From an archaeon (GTDB taxonomy: Archaea; Methanobacteriota_B; Thermococci; Methanofastidiosales; NM3): a stretch of 64,000 nucleotides of DNA. The notes beneath the pieces are model-generated. The model saw only the letters and a program-made list of their open reading frames with translations. It was not told the DNA's origin and made no database searches. Shown piece after piece: positions 18,565-28,506 of the stretch. Both the position numbers and the translations under genes were made by a program. The first letter of the stretch is position 1; every line of letters starts with the position of its first letter. The stretch is taken from assembly GCA_004212155.1 (NCBI GenBank), contig RXIG01000002.1, forward strand, positions 24,820-88,819, in the 5' to 3' direction.

Positions 18565-19749
18565 ATGGTATCTGAAGACTACCTCAGGGAACGCATCGAT
18601 GCCGTGCTCACCGAGAAGGTGTCTCATGTCGTGAAGGCTGAGGCGGAGCAGAAGCTCTTTGCATACAACGAGGAGCACCCGTTCTCGGAGGATGAGCTCC
18701 AGGCGATACTCGATGACATATGCGTCGAGTACCGCAATGCATGGGTCGACCCAGGTGAACCCGTCGGCACGGTGGCCGCACAGAGCCTTGGCGAGCCCGG
18801 CACACAGATGACGCTCAACACGTTCCACTATGCAGGTGTCGCCGAGATCAACGTGACCCTCGGCCTTCCGCGCATCATCGAGATCGTCGATGTGCGCAAG
18901 GATCCATCGACGCCCGTCATGGAGATCGCTTTGGACAAGGAGCACAGCGCAGCGCGAGACACCGCCATCGAGGTGGCACGAAGGATTGAGGGCACCACCG
19001 TGGAGAACGTTGCCCGACAGACGGCACTTGATGTCATCAACACCGAGTTTCACATCGACCTGGACAGCGAGCGCATGGAGGACGCGGGCATTACCCTTGA
19101 CACGATCATCAAGAAGCTCAAGAAGCTAAAACAGGTCGAAAAGATACGATATGACACTGAAGAGAACACGATCATCATCTCGCCAGGGAACGTGACCCTC
19201 GTTAAACTGCGCCGTTTCTCCCAAAAGGTAAAAGCGTTACCTTTAAAAGGTCTCAAAGGCATTGAACGAGCTATGGTAAAGAAGGAGGGAGACGAATATT
19301 ACGTCTATACAGAAGGTTCGAATCTCTCCGAGGTGCTCAAGGTGCCAGGCGTCGACTTCACACGCACGAAGACCAACAACATCTACGAGATATTCGAGGT
19401 TCTCGGCATCGAGGCCGCACGAAACGCGATCATCGCCGAGATACAAAACGTACTCGACGAGCAGGGTCTTGAGGTCGACAGACGACACATCATGGTCCTT
19501 GCAGACGCCATGTGCCTTGAGGGCGAGATACAGCAGATAGGCCGACACGGCATCACAGGCGAGAAGGCCAGCGTCCTTGCCCGCGCATCGTTTGAGGTCA
19601 CCACAGGTCACCTCCTCGAGGCCGCACGTGAGGGCGAAAGGGATATGCTCAACGGTGTCACCGAGAACGTCATCGTGGGCCAGCCAATACCGCTTGGCAC
19701 AGGTATCGTTGACCTTATCATGAAATCGAGTGACACTGAGGAGGAATGA
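18565..19749 (+). CDS. rpoA2: DNA-directed RNA polymerase subunit A'' (Rpo1C)
   Basis: 394 aa. GEPVGTVAAQSLGEPGTQMTLNTFHYAGV, and the C-terminal SFEVTTGHLLEAA...GVTENVIVGQPIPLGTG. Confidence 0.97.
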   Translation: MVSEDYLRERIDAVLTEKVSHVVKAEAEQKLFAYNEEHPFSEDELQAILDDICVEYRNAWVDPGEPVGTVAAQSLGEPGTQMTLNTFHYAGVAEINVTLGLPRIIEIVDVRKDPSTPVMEIALDKEHSAARDTAIEVARRIEGTTVENVARQTALDVINTEFHIDLDSERMEDAGITLDTIIKKLKKLKQVEKIRYDTEENTIIISPGNVTLVKLRRFSQKVKALPLKGLKGIERAMVKKEGDEYYVYTEGSNLSEVLKVPGVDFTRTKTNNIYEIFEVLGIEAARNAIIAEIQNVLDEQGLEVDRRHIMVLADAMCLEGEIQQIGRHGITGEKASVLARASFEVTTGHLLEAAREGERDMLNGVTENVIVGQPIPLGTGIVDLIMKSSDTEEE

Positions 19750-19753
19750 TAAT

Positions 19754-20053
19754 ATGGATATTGCACGTGAGATACGAAAGGCTATTGAGACGGGGACTGT
19801 CATCCTCGGCACCAAGGGGTCGATGAAGGCCCTCAAGAACGGCGAGGCCAAGCTCATCATCTATGCGGCCAACTGTGCACCGGACACGAAGGACGACATG
19901 GCGCATTACGCCGCCCTTTCCAACATCCCCACTTACGAGTACAAGGGGACCGGCGTGGACCTCGGCATGGTGTGTGGGAAACCGTTCATCGTTTCGATGC
20001 TGGCCGTCAACTCCCCCGGTGAGTCAATGATACTCTCAGCGGAGGGAGCGTGA
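19754..20053 (+). CDS. rpl30e: 50S ribosomal protein L30e (eL30)
   Basis: MDIAREIRKAIETGTVILGTKGSMKALKNGEAKLIIYAANC. Conserved position between rpoA'' and nusA. Confidence 0.9.
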   Translation: MDIAREIRKAIETGTVILGTKGSMKALKNGEAKLIIYAANCAPDTKDDMAHYAALSNIPTYEYKGTGVDLGMVCGKPFIVSMLAVNSPGESMILSAEGA

Positions 20054-20484
20054 TGGGTGTAAAGCTGGGTCCCGAGGAAATACGTTACATTGGACTGTTT
20101 GAGAGCATCACCGGCGCGACCGTCAAGGATTGTGTCGTAAGCGACAAGGAGGACACGATCGTATACGTGGTCAAGGAAGGCGAGATGGGCCTTGCAATAG
20201 GCAAAAAAGGCGCTAATCTTGCTCGTGTGCGCGAGATGATCAACAAGTCCATCGACGTGGTGGAGTACTCGGACGACCCACGCACATTCATTGAGAACAT
20301 CCTTAAACCGGCAAAAATAAACAGCATCCACATCAACAAGAAGGATGACGACAAGGACGTGGCCGTCGTTGACGTCAACAAGCGTGACAGGGGCATTGCC
20401 ATAGGGAAGTCTGGAAAGACGATCCACCGGGCGAAGCTCCTGCTCAAGCGTCATCACGACATCGACGATGTCACGATAATGTAA
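20050..20484 (+). CDS. nusA: Archaeal NusA-like transcription termination factor (two KH domains)
   Basis: 144 aa. Has GLAIGKKGANLARV and GIAIGKSGKTIHRAK (GxxG KH motifs). Conserved operon position. Confidence 0.9.
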   Translation: MMGVKLGPEEIRYIGLFESITGATVKDCVVSDKEDTIVYVVKEGEMGLAIGKKGANLARVREMINKSIDVVEYSDDPRTFIENILKPAKINSIHINKKDDDKDVAVVDVNKRDRGIAIGKSGKTIHRAKLLLKRHHDIDDVTIM

Positions 20485-20487
20485 ACA

Positions 20488-20496
20488 TTTATAAAT
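20488..20496 (+). promoter_or_regulatory. TATA box TTTATAAAT, internal promoter ahead of S12-S7-EF-2
   Basis: Lies in the 55-nt nusA-S12 spacer. GAGGTGA (20525-20531) sits between it and ATG 20540. Confidence 0.5.
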
Positions 20497-20539
20497 CAAC
20501 GGAGTAAAACACGCATATCTTAGCGAGGTGAGAGAGAGC

Positions 20540-20974
20540 ATGAAAAGTCCAAGAGGAGAGTTCGCTGCTCGCAACTTATATAAGAAGCGACAGGTCATGC
20601 GGTGGAAGGACATCGATTACAAACGCCGCGCACTCAATCTTAGTGTTAAGTCCGATCCGCTCGAGGGAGCCCCCATGGGGCGAGGCATCGTGTTGGAGAA
20701 GGTGCCTGTCGAAGCAAAGCAGCCCAACTCGGCTATCCGTAAGTGTGTGAGAGTTCAACTTATCAAGAACGGAAGACAGCTTACTGCCTTCTGTCCAGGC
20801 GACGGCGCGATCAACTTCATCGACGAGCACGACGAAGTGGTGATCGAGAGCATCGGCGGACGAAAGGGAGGATCGATGGGTGACATCCCCGGTGTGAAGT
20901 ACAAGGTGACGAAGGTCAACAGGGTTTCACTCAACGAAATGGTGCAGGGTAAGAAGGAGAAACCGATCAGGTGA
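20540..20974 (+). CDS. rps12: 30S ribosomal protein S12 (uS12)
   Basis: [48 protein letters not shown]. The track starts at GTG 20528; ATG 20540 is preferred. Confidence 0.95.
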   Translation: MKSPRGEFAARNLYKKRQVMRWKDIDYKRRALNLSVKSDPLEGAPMGRGIVLEKVPVEAKQPNSAIRKCVRVQLIKNGRQLTAFCPGDGAINFIDEHDEVVIESIGGRKGGSMGDIPGVKYKVTKVNRVSLNEMVQGKKEKPIR

Positions 20975-20978
20975 TATC

Positions 20979-21596
20979 ATGGCCGAACAATATGAGATGA
21001 AGATCTTTGACAAATGGGAATTCGACATCGAGATCGAGGATGAAGGCCTGAAACGATACATCACGCTTACCCCCCAGCTTCTTCCCCACTCCGGCGGTCG
21101 CCACGAGGCTCACCGGTTCTGGAAGATCAAGCAAAACATCATCGAGCGCCTTGTCAACAAGGCCATGCGATCGGGTGCGGTCAAGCGCAAGGTCAGCGGT
21201 CGATTCATCCGACGTCATGGCGGACTCACGGGCAAGAAGCACAAGGCGTACAACACGACAAAGGAAGCGTTCGATATCATCTATGAGCGTGTCAAGAAGA
21301 ATCCGGTCGAAGTGCTCGTCACGGCCATAGAGCATTCATCTCCCCGCGAGGAGACCACCACGATCGCCTATGGCGGTGTGAAGTATCACCAGGCGGTGGA
21401 CGTTTCACCGCAACGACGTATTGACATCGCACTGCGAAACATTACCCTCGGCGCGAGCGCGCGGGCCTTCAAGTCCAAGATTTCCTACGCCACTGCGCTG
21501 GCAGAGGAGATCATTGCCGCATACGAGCGCGACATGAAGAGCTTTGCCGTCGGCAAGAAGGAAGAGATCGAGCGAATCGCAAAGTCAGCTAGGTGA
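20979..21596 (+). CDS. rps7: 30S ribosomal protein S7 (uS7)
   Basis: 205 aa. [11 protein letters not shown]...[15 protein letters not shown]...[27 protein letters not shown]. Confidence 0.95.
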   Translation: MAEQYEMKIFDKWEFDIEIEDEGLKRYITLTPQLLPHSGGRHEAHRFWKIKQNIIERLVNKAMRSGAVKRKVSGRFIRRHGGLTGKKHKAYNTTKEAFDIIYERVKKNPVEVLVTAIEHSSPREETTTIAYGGVKYHQAVDVSPQRRIDIALRNITLGASARAFKSKISYATALAEEIIAAYERDMKSFAVGKKEEIERIAKSAR

Positions 21597-21601
21597 TACG
21601 T

Positions 21602-23806
21602 ATGGGAAGAAAGGAAAAGATGGCAAAAGCAGCCCAAGAGCTAATGCACAAACCAAAGCAGATACGCAACATCGGTATCGCGGCACACATCGACCATGGC
21701 AAGACCACGCTCTCAGACAATCTCCTTTTTGGCGCTGGCCTCATGGCCGAGGAGCTCGCAGGCAAGCAGCTCGCACTCGACTTCGACGAGCAGGAGCAGG
21801 CACGCGGCATCACCATCGATGCCGCCAACATATCGATGGTCCACGACTTCGAGGGCCACAAGTACCTCATCAACCTTATCGACACGCCGGGTCACGTCGA
21901 CTTCGGCGGCGACGTCACGCGTGCTATGCGCGCAATAGACGGTGCGATCATCGTTGTCTGTGCCGTCGAGGGCAAGATGCCCCAGACGGAAACAGTTGTG
22001 CGCCAGGCACTCAAGGAGCGCGTCAAGCCCGTGCTCTTCATCAACAAGGTGGACCGGCTTATCAAGGAGCTCAAGCTCTCCCCGCAGGAGATGCAGGCAC
22101 GCTTCATGAAGACGATCACCGAGATCAACAAGCTCATCAGACAGATGGCACCACCCGAGTTCAAGGAGGAGTGGCAGGTATCCGTCAACGACGGGAGCGT
22201 CGCGTTCGGTTCCGCCTATGCGAACTGGGCGATCAACGTCCCCTATATGAAGGAGACAGGCATCACGTTCAAGGATATCATCGACATGACACTTGACGGC
22301 CAGTCCAGGGAGCTTGCACGAAAGGCACCCATCCACCAGATCATCCTTGATATGGTCATCGACCACCTTCCCGACCCCGAACAATCGCAGCACTACAGGA
22401 TTCCGCAGCTCTGGAGACACGACCTCGAGTCCAAGACCGCGCGGGACATGATCGAGTGCAACGAGCGTGGCAATGTTGCCATGGTGGTCACGAAGATCAA
22501 CGTCGACAGGCATGCAGGCGAGATTGCTACGGGACGACTTTTCTCGGGAATGCTCAAGGTCGGACAAGAGGTCTGGCTCTCAGGCACGAAACAGAAAAAG
22601 CGTATCCAGCAGCTTGGCATCTACATGGGCCCCGACAGGGAGAGTATGGACGAGGTGCCGGCTGGCAACATCGTCGCCATCACCGGTCTCAAGGACGCCG
22701 TAGCAGGGGAGACGATATCGACCGGTCCCGAGCCGATCGAGCCCTTCGAGGCCATCAAGCACTATAGCGAACCGGTGGTCACGGTCGCGGTGGAGCCTGA
22801 AAACCCCAAGGACCTCCCCAAGCTCATCGAGGTGTTGCGCCAGGTGGCCAAGGAGGATCCGACGCTTCAGGCCAAGATCGACGAGGAGACGGGTGAGTAC
22901 CTGCTCTCGGGTATGGGCGAGCTCCACCTCGAGGTCGTCGAGTACCGTATCCGCAAGGACAAGGGCGTTAACATCAAGACGTCAGAGCCTATCGTTGTTT
23001 ACCGCGAATCGGTCAACGGCACGTCACCGCAGGTCGAGGGCAAGTCTCCGAACAAGCACAACAAGTTCTACATCATCGTTGAACAGATGCCCGAAAACGT
23101 CTACCAGGCCATCAAGGAAGGCACGATCCCGGAAGGTCGAATCAAGGGCAAGGAGATGCAGGAGATTTTCAAGGAACTCGGATTCAGCAAGGACGAGGCC
23201 AAGGGCATCGAGGACGTCTACCAGGGCAACATGTACCTCAACATGACGCGCGGCGTTGTGCACATCGGAGAGGTCCGCGAGCTTATAATGGAGGCGTTCC
23301 ACTCCGTGATGGACAAGGGTATCGTCGCCGGTGAGCCCACGACAAAGCTCTTAGTCAAGCTCATGGACACGAAACTTCACGAGGACGCGATACACCGCGG
23401 TCCCTCGCAGGTCATCCCTGCCGTGCGCCAGGCGCTCTTTGCGGCCATCCTCTCGGCACAGCCGGTGCTCGAGGAGCCGCTGCAAAAACTCTTCGTCACG
23501 GCCCCACAAGACTTCATGGGTTCTGTCACGAAGCTGATTCAGTCGCGTCGCGGCCAGATCCTGGACATGACGCAGGAGGGAGAGCTTACCACCGTCATCG
23601 CCAAGACACCTGTAGCGGAGATGTTCGGATTCACAGGGGACATCCGCGGGTCCACGGAGGGCCGCGCGCTCTGGACCACCGAACAGCTCGGTTATGAGCC
23701 ACTTCCGCGAGAACTCCAGGAGCCCATCGTCCGCGAGATACGCATGCGCAAAGGCATGAAGCCCGAGCCACCAAAGGCGGCCGACTATCAGAATCCGCAG
23801 GGGTAG
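21602..23806 (+). CDS. fusA: Translation elongation factor 2 (aEF-2)
   Basis: [41 protein letters not shown]. The diphthamide-region [11 protein letters not shown] is present. Confidence 0.97.
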   Translation: MGRKEKMAKAAQELMHKPKQIRNIGIAAHIDHGKTTLSDNLLFGAGLMAEELAGKQLALDFDEQEQARGITIDAANISMVHDFEGHKYLINLIDTPGHVDFGGDVTRAMRAIDGAIIVVCAVEGKMPQTETVVRQALKERVKPVLFINKVDRLIKELKLSPQEMQARFMKTITEINKLIRQMAPPEFKEEWQVSVNDGSVAFGSAYANWAINVPYMKETGITFKDIIDMTLDGQSRELARKAPIHQIILDMVIDHLPDPEQSQHYRIPQLWRHDLESKTARDMIECNERGNVAMVVTKINVDRHAGEIATGRLFSGMLKVGQEVWLSGTKQKKRIQQLGIYMGPDRESMDEVPAGNIVAITGLKDAVAGETISTGPEPIEPFEAIKHYSEPVVTVAVEPENPKDLPKLIEVLRQVAKEDPTLQAKIDEETGEYLLSGMGELHLEVVEYRIRKDKGVNIKTSEPIVVYRESVNGTSPQVEGKSPNKHNKFYIIVEQMPENVYQAIKEGTIPEGRIKGKEMQEIFKELGFSKDEAKGIEDVYQGNMYLNMTRGVVHIGEVRELIMEAFHSVMDKGIVAGEPTTKLLVKLMDTKLHEDAIHRGPSQVIPAVRQALFAAILSAQPVLEEPLQKLFVTAPQDFMGSVTKLIQSRRGQILDMTQEGELTTVIAKTPVAEMFGFTGDIRGSTEGRALWTTEQLGYEPLPRELQEPIVREIRMRKGMKPEPPKAADYQNPQG

Positions 23807-24612
23807 GTGCAGTGCTCACGATAGTGGCATGCACCACACTTCTCTTTTTTTATCTCTACTTCTTTAGGTTCTTCTCGTTGTTCTACGATACGTTTCACTT
23901 CATCAAGCAGCGCTAGCACGTACTCCTTATGCTCATCATCGATGAGAACTGGTACCTGCCTGTCGATAGCGGTGTACTCGATGATGCCAAACGGTACGGG
24001 GCGGCCGCGCTGGCGCTCGAGGAGGAGCGCGTAGGCGGCAAGCTGGACCTGCTGTCCCGGCGTGGGCTCGTCATGGTATGCGCCCGTCTTGTAATCGACA
24101 GGCACAGGGCCGCTGCGCCGCTCATCGATCTTGTCGATGCGCCCGCGCAGCCCGAGAGGTCCGTCCTCGATCATCTCCTCGGCACGCTGATCGGGCAGCA
24201 CGATGTCGATCGCCGTTCGCACGTCGGTTGCAGCCATGGCACGTTTGATACGTGCTGCACGCACGATGCTTTCCAGCTTGAGCTCCTGTTTCAAAAACGA
24301 CATGAGCTCGATGGGGTCGATGCCTGCCTTCTCGAGCCGAGGTCGGAACTTGAGCACGGCGTTCTTTGCACACTGATACCCGTTTGAATAGATGATCGAC
24401 TGGATCTCAGAAAAGGGAGTCGATTCTTCGAGTGCATTGGTGAGCACGATGCGCTCCCGCGCTTCCCGATCCTCGCGCACCTTGTGCAACACAGTCCCGC
24501 GCACCATTGCGGGAGTGGGCGGCACCTTTATGCGCCGCACCTTCTTGAGGTAGACGAGGTGGGGGCACCAGACATAGTCGCAGAGGTCAGTTACCGTTAT
24601 CATGATACTCAC
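23788..24612 (-). CDS. Cas4-family (DUF83) PD-(D/E)XK nuclease with 4Fe-4S cysteines, stand-alone
   Basis: 274 aa. Has [16 protein letters not shown] (N-terminal Cys), [24 protein letters not shown] and the C-terminal [10 protein letters not shown] (CX2CX5C). Confidence 0.75.
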   Translation of the reverse strand: MSIMITVTDLCDYVWCPHLVYLKKVRRIKVPPTPAMVRGTVLHKVREDREARERIVLTNALEESTPFSEIQSIIYSNGYQCAKNAVLKFRPRLEKAGIDPIELMSFLKQELKLESIVRAARIKRAMAATDVRTAIDIVLPDQRAEEMIEDGPLGLRGRIDKIDERRSGPVPVDYKTGAYHDEPTPGQQVQLAAYALLLERQRGRPVPFGIIEYTAIDRQVPVLIDDEHKEYVLALLDEVKRIVEQREEPKEVEIKKEKCGACHYREHCTYPCGF

Positions 24613-25393
24613 ATGTGGAGACGTAGTGGCACGTGTCGCACGACGATGTGTTCGGAGAGAACTGCGAGCACTGTGCGATCATCGAGCGGAAGCTCTTGAC
24701 CTGTTCCTTGGTCCCTTCGTCGATGGGTATGTAAAAGGAGCGGTCACATGCGGTGAGATAGGCCGCCGATAGAGGCACCTCCTCGCCCAGTTCGAACGAG
24801 ACCAAAAGCGCGTTCGCCTTGAGCGCCATCGTGAGAAGTTCCTCCTGACGCGATGTAGGGAGCATCCAGGGTATGAACTGTATGGGAACCGGTCCATGGG
24901 GCATGCGGGCAATGAGTGACACCGTCCCGACAATGCGGTGCCGGTAGTCGACGATGCGGCGCGCGACCATCTCGGGCGGATGGGCGACAATGTTTGCAAA
25001 CTCGTCGCCACATGCGCCGCTGCGCCGGATGCACTCTCGGCAGGCCTGTTCATGAACCATGCGTTCCCGAGAGAGCTCGTGGGCGACACGGCGTTCGACA
25101 GCCTCGTAGTCGATGTGGTCCAGGTGGCGCGAAGCGCGCGATATGGCATGGGCCACGGCTACGTCGGTGAGTGCGTCGTATGCCTCCGTCACACTGTCTG
25201 GTCCCGTCGCGTGCATTGAAAGCTCATCACGCTCGTGCGCATAGAATGCTTCGCGCGCGCTGGTGGCAATCAGCTGCCATATCCGGTCATCGCTCGGGTC
25301 GGGGTACGTTCGTTTGATTGTCGAGAGGTAGTATCTGTATGGGCACGCACAAAACTGCAGCACCGCCTCGTTGGATAGATACCGCCTTGCCAC
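24587..25393 (-). CDS. Cas4-like paralog with catalytic motifs not recognisable (predicted inactive) but terminal cysteines retained
   Basis: 268 aa. GTG start abuts the nadC stop, and the 3' end overlaps the next gene by 26 nt. Has N-terminal FCACPYRYYL and C-terminal [10 protein letters not shown]. The positions equivalent to the nuclease motifs read VGTVSLI, IQFIPW and EELLTMALKANALLV. Confidence 0.5.
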   Translation of the reverse strand: MARRYLSNEAVLQFCACPYRYYLSTIKRTYPDPSDDRIWQLIATSAREAFYAHERDELSMHATGPDSVTEAYDALTDVAVAHAISRASRHLDHIDYEAVERRVAHELSRERMVHEQACRECIRRSGACGDEFANIVAHPPEMVARRIVDYRHRIVGTVSLIARMPHGPVPIQFIPWMLPTSRQEELLTMALKANALLVSFELGEEVPLSAAYLTACDRSFYIPIDEGTKEQVKSFRSMIAQCSQFSPNTSSCDTCHYVSTCEYHDNGN

Positions 25394-26224
25394 TCAATCA
25401 CCGTCTATCTCCAGTGACATGTCCACGGCCGTCACCGAATGCGTGAGCGAGCCCATCGAGACGATGTCGACGCCCGTGTCGGCGTAGTCTGCTATGGTGT
25501 CTTTGGTTATCATGCCCGATGCCTCGAAGAGCGCCTTGTCGTGCCCCTCTTCCCTGAGGGTCGCGATGACCGTGCGGATCTCGCCAGGGGTCATGTTGTC
25601 CAGCATGATGATGTCTGCACCCGCAAGTGCAGCCTCACGCGCCTGGTCAAGCGTCTCTGCCTCGACCTCTATTCGTTTCGAAAATGAGAATTCTCTTGCC
25701 TGTCGCACCGCCTCTGTGATGCCCATTAGCTTGATGTGATTATCCTTGATGAGGAACATGTCGTCGAGGCGCCATCGGTGGGGGTCGCCCCCTCCCGCTA
25801 TGATCGCCATCTTGTCGAGCTGCGGAAAGAGCGTCTTTCGCGTGCCAGCGACCTTCACGTGAGGGCCTGCCAGATCGACACAGGTGCGCGTTGCGGTGGT
25901 AATGCCGCTCATGTGCTGTAGCACGTTGAGCACGGTGCGTTCGGCCGTGAGGATGTCCCTGATGTCGCCTTCAAGCGTGCATAGCGTCGTTCCTTCGTTG
26001 ACAAACGATCCGTCGCTTACACAGAGCTGCGTGCGAACGTTGCATGTCGCAAGCAGGTCGCAAGCGACCCCCAGGCCGGAGATGTATGCGTCTTGTTTCA
26101 CGCGTATGCTTGCACGCACCTCCCTGGGAGCGAGAAGCTCGGTGGTGATGTCGCCATATCCGATGTCGTTGTCCAGAAGCGTTCGCAGGGCCCCTATATC
26201 CATGTGTATCAATGGCCCTTGCAC
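25394..26224 (-). CDS. nadC: Nicotinate-nucleotide (quinolinate) pyrophosphorylase
   Basis: 276 aa. Has DIGYGDITT, VAGTRKT, MFLIKDNHI, IMLDNM and EASGMIT. Confidence 0.9.
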   Translation of the reverse strand: MQGPLIHMDIGALRTLLDNDIGYGDITTELLAPREVRASIRVKQDAYISGLGVACDLLATCNVRTQLCVSDGSFVNEGTTLCTLEGDIRDILTAERTVLNVLQHMSGITTATRTCVDLAGPHVKVAGTRKTLFPQLDKMAIIAGGGDPHRWRLDDMFLIKDNHIKLMGITEAVRQAREFSFSKRIEVEAETLDQAREAALAGADIIMLDNMTPGEIRTVIATLREEGHDKALFEASGMITKDTIADYADTGVDIVSMGSLTHSVTAVDMSLEIDGD

Positions 26225-26242
26225 GATATAACGATTTCGGTC

Positions 26243-28492
26243 CTATCCCGTCAATGCCCCGTAGTCGATCTCAAGAATGTAGACCTTGTTGCGGGGATTT
26301 GACGTGTCCTCGTAGATGACTGTAAAGGCGTCGTTATTGAAGAACTTGTTCCAATTGACCGGCACGCCAAATCCGCCGCCGCGATAGGCTCCAAGCCATC
26401 CGCGCGTGGCCATGTTGTCAGAGATGTAGACGTGGGTGATCCCGTAGCGCTCCCCTATCGTTTTTGTGAGCCCGGGGTCTGATGTTTTGTAGAAGTCGTA
26501 GATGTCGTCCTGGACCTGTGCTGGCGCCTTGATGTAGTCGTTGAAGTCGATGTTGCGCAGCGGGAACAGTCCTCCGATGAGCGAACGGCCTGCGCACACA
26601 CCGCTAATCATCTGTCCCGTATAGTAGTCGGCCACGATGAGGTCGTCGCGTTCTGAATTCGCCTTGAACCACACGGCTGCGTCGTAGTCCTCGATGAGGA
26701 CGCCCGAGTTTGTGATCTTGGTGTCCATGTCGTAGTCGGGCACAGAGAATCCTGTGAGTGTGAAGTAGCCGATGCATGCGAGAAATATCATGAATCCATA
26801 GGCGAACGCGCGCTTGTGCTTGCGCAGTTCCATGATAAACAGCGACGAGAGCAAAGCGAACGGTTGTGCGAGGAAGATATAGAAACGATACCCCTCGAGG
26901 GGCCGCACCGTCGTCTCCCACATGAGCCCGTATTCACGCACGATGGAGAGGATGTTCTCACTGAATACCTCATAGAGCATGAAGATCGTCCAGAGGATGA
27001 GAAATGTCTCGAAGGCATTGTTGAGTATGAAGCTTGTGCTCTTCTTGTCGGTCTGGTAGGAGAACAGCAGTGGTATGAATATGATGGCGAGCACGCCAAG
27101 CAGCGCGCGCGTGGTGAGGAAACGCTCTGCGATGTCACGCAGCCCTATGGCAGCTGAAGTGTTCGTCGCTATGAGCGAGGTCGCAACGACCAGCAACACA
27201 AACGATGCGAACGTCAACAGCGGGGGTGCCCCGTGCCAGCGCCGCGCCAGGGGTGCGCTAATGATGGGGATGGCAAGAAACACGAACAGGACGACGACGA
27301 GGCTTACGATCGCAAGATAGCTTGGAGAAAACGAGCTCTGGTAGAAGATGAACGTCTTCGTCCAGGCGCCGATGTTCCCTGCGTTATGCGTGAAGAATGT
27401 GGCTATGGCGCCTATGAGCAGGGCATCGATCATGGCGACGATGAGCGCGAATGCGCGCGATGTCTTGAACGCCGTCACGAAGAGGAACGCGGCTATGGCG
27501 GCAAGCATCGAGACGACAGGCGTCGTGACGGTCTTGCCCGCGAATATGCCGCACAAGGCTGAGAGTATGATCGTGAGCACGGCGATGTGCCATGGATTTG
27601 ACGTCGTGTCCCTGTTGACATATGAGAGACGGTCGACGAGAAGGTAGCCGAATCCGATGAATCCGAGTATCATGAACGGTGCGCCGTAGGCGGTGAGGTG
27701 TGAGCCGAACGTCTGGAGCAGCGTGGATGTCGTGATGATAAATATCCACCAGTAAAACAGGAAGTCGGGCAGCCACCACCAGCTCGAGATGATAAGGCTC
27801 ACCACGAGGGCGATGGCGGTGAACTTGATCTCATTGCGCACGGGACGCCTGTCCAACTTGAGCGCTATGAGGTAGAGCAGCATGAGGCCCACCGTAATGA
27901 AAAAGGAGAGATGGGTGAGGAAGTTGATCCCAAGCAGCACCCCTATCCCGAGCGCCGCGTTGCGCGAGAACCCGTATCTCTGCCGTGACAGGTAGACGAG
28001 CACAACGGGGATGACCATGAGCGTGATCACCTGCGGGTCGGCTATGGCGCTGTACAGTATGAACGAAGGTGTGATGGCGAGGATGATGAGTGCGATGCGT
28101 GCTACCATCTTGTCGTACCATTCACGCACAAGGAAGTAGAAAGGAATGGGGGTGAACGCCTCGATGAAAGGCACGATGCGGGTCATGACGGTGGGAAGGT
28201 CCATGCCCGAGATGACCGAGAGGCCTGCGAACCCTACCATCGAGAGGGGCGGATACCAGAGCGGGACATCGCCGTAGGGGATGTATCGAATGTCTGGTAT
28301 GGGCAATGAATGGTAGTCAAGGATGTGTTGAGACATGCAGATCCTATACCAGACGTCGCCGAGGAAGACGGGAAGATGGCTGTCCATCTCGAGCTTCGGG
28401 GCCAGGCGTATGAAGACGCCAAATCCGTAAATTATCAGGATAAGGAGGATATCGTGGTCTTTGAGCCATTGTAAGAGGGATTTGCCTTTCAT
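26243..28492 (-). CDS. Polytopic GT-C-fold membrane glycosyltransferase-like protein (distant STT3/AglB- or ArnT-like)
   Basis: 749 aa, more than 12 hydrophobic segments plus a soluble C-terminal domain of about 190 aa. First-loop GDVWYRICMSQHIL and PLWYPPL recall the STT3 DxxYxxR and WYP segments. No canonical WWDYG (see findings). Confidence 0.45.
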   Translation of the reverse strand: MKGKSLLQWLKDHDILLILIIYGFGVFIRLAPKLEMDSHLPVFLGDVWYRICMSQHILDYHSLPIPDIRYIPYGDVPLWYPPLSMVGFAGLSVISGMDLPTVMTRIVPFIEAFTPIPFYFLVREWYDKMVARIALIILAITPSFILYSAIADPQVITLMVIPVVLVYLSRQRYGFSRNAALGIGVLLGINFLTHLSFFITVGLMLLYLIALKLDRRPVRNEIKFTAIALVVSLIISSWWWLPDFLFYWWIFIITTSTLLQTFGSHLTAYGAPFMILGFIGFGYLLVDRLSYVNRDTTSNPWHIAVLTIILSALCGIFAGKTVTTPVVSMLAAIAAFLFVTAFKTSRAFALIVAMIDALLIGAIATFFTHNAGNIGAWTKTFIFYQSSFSPSYLAIVSLVVVLFVFLAIPIISAPLARRWHGAPPLLTFASFVLLVVATSLIATNTSAAIGLRDIAERFLTTRALLGVLAIIFIPLLFSYQTDKKSTSFILNNAFETFLILWTIFMLYEVFSENILSIVREYGLMWETTVRPLEGYRFYIFLAQPFALLSSLFIMELRKHKRAFAYGFMIFLACIGYFTLTGFSVPDYDMDTKITNSGVLIEDYDAAVWFKANSERDDLIVADYYTGQMISGVCAGRSLIGGLFPLRNIDFNDYIKAPAQVQDDIYDFYKTSDPGLTKTIGERYGITHVYISDNMATRGWLGAYRGGGFGVPVNWNKFFNNDAFTVIYEDTSNPRNKVYILEIDYGALTG

Positions 28493-28506
28493 GCTTTGTT
28501 CCGTCC

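Noticed and set aside
12560-23806. Checked rpoB, rpoA', rpoA'' and EF-2 for inteins or split genes. gyrB, PCNA and RecJ-like were checked elsewhere in the window.
   Set aside because: All have canonical lengths and uninterrupted motifs. rpoB is a single 1105-aa ORF.
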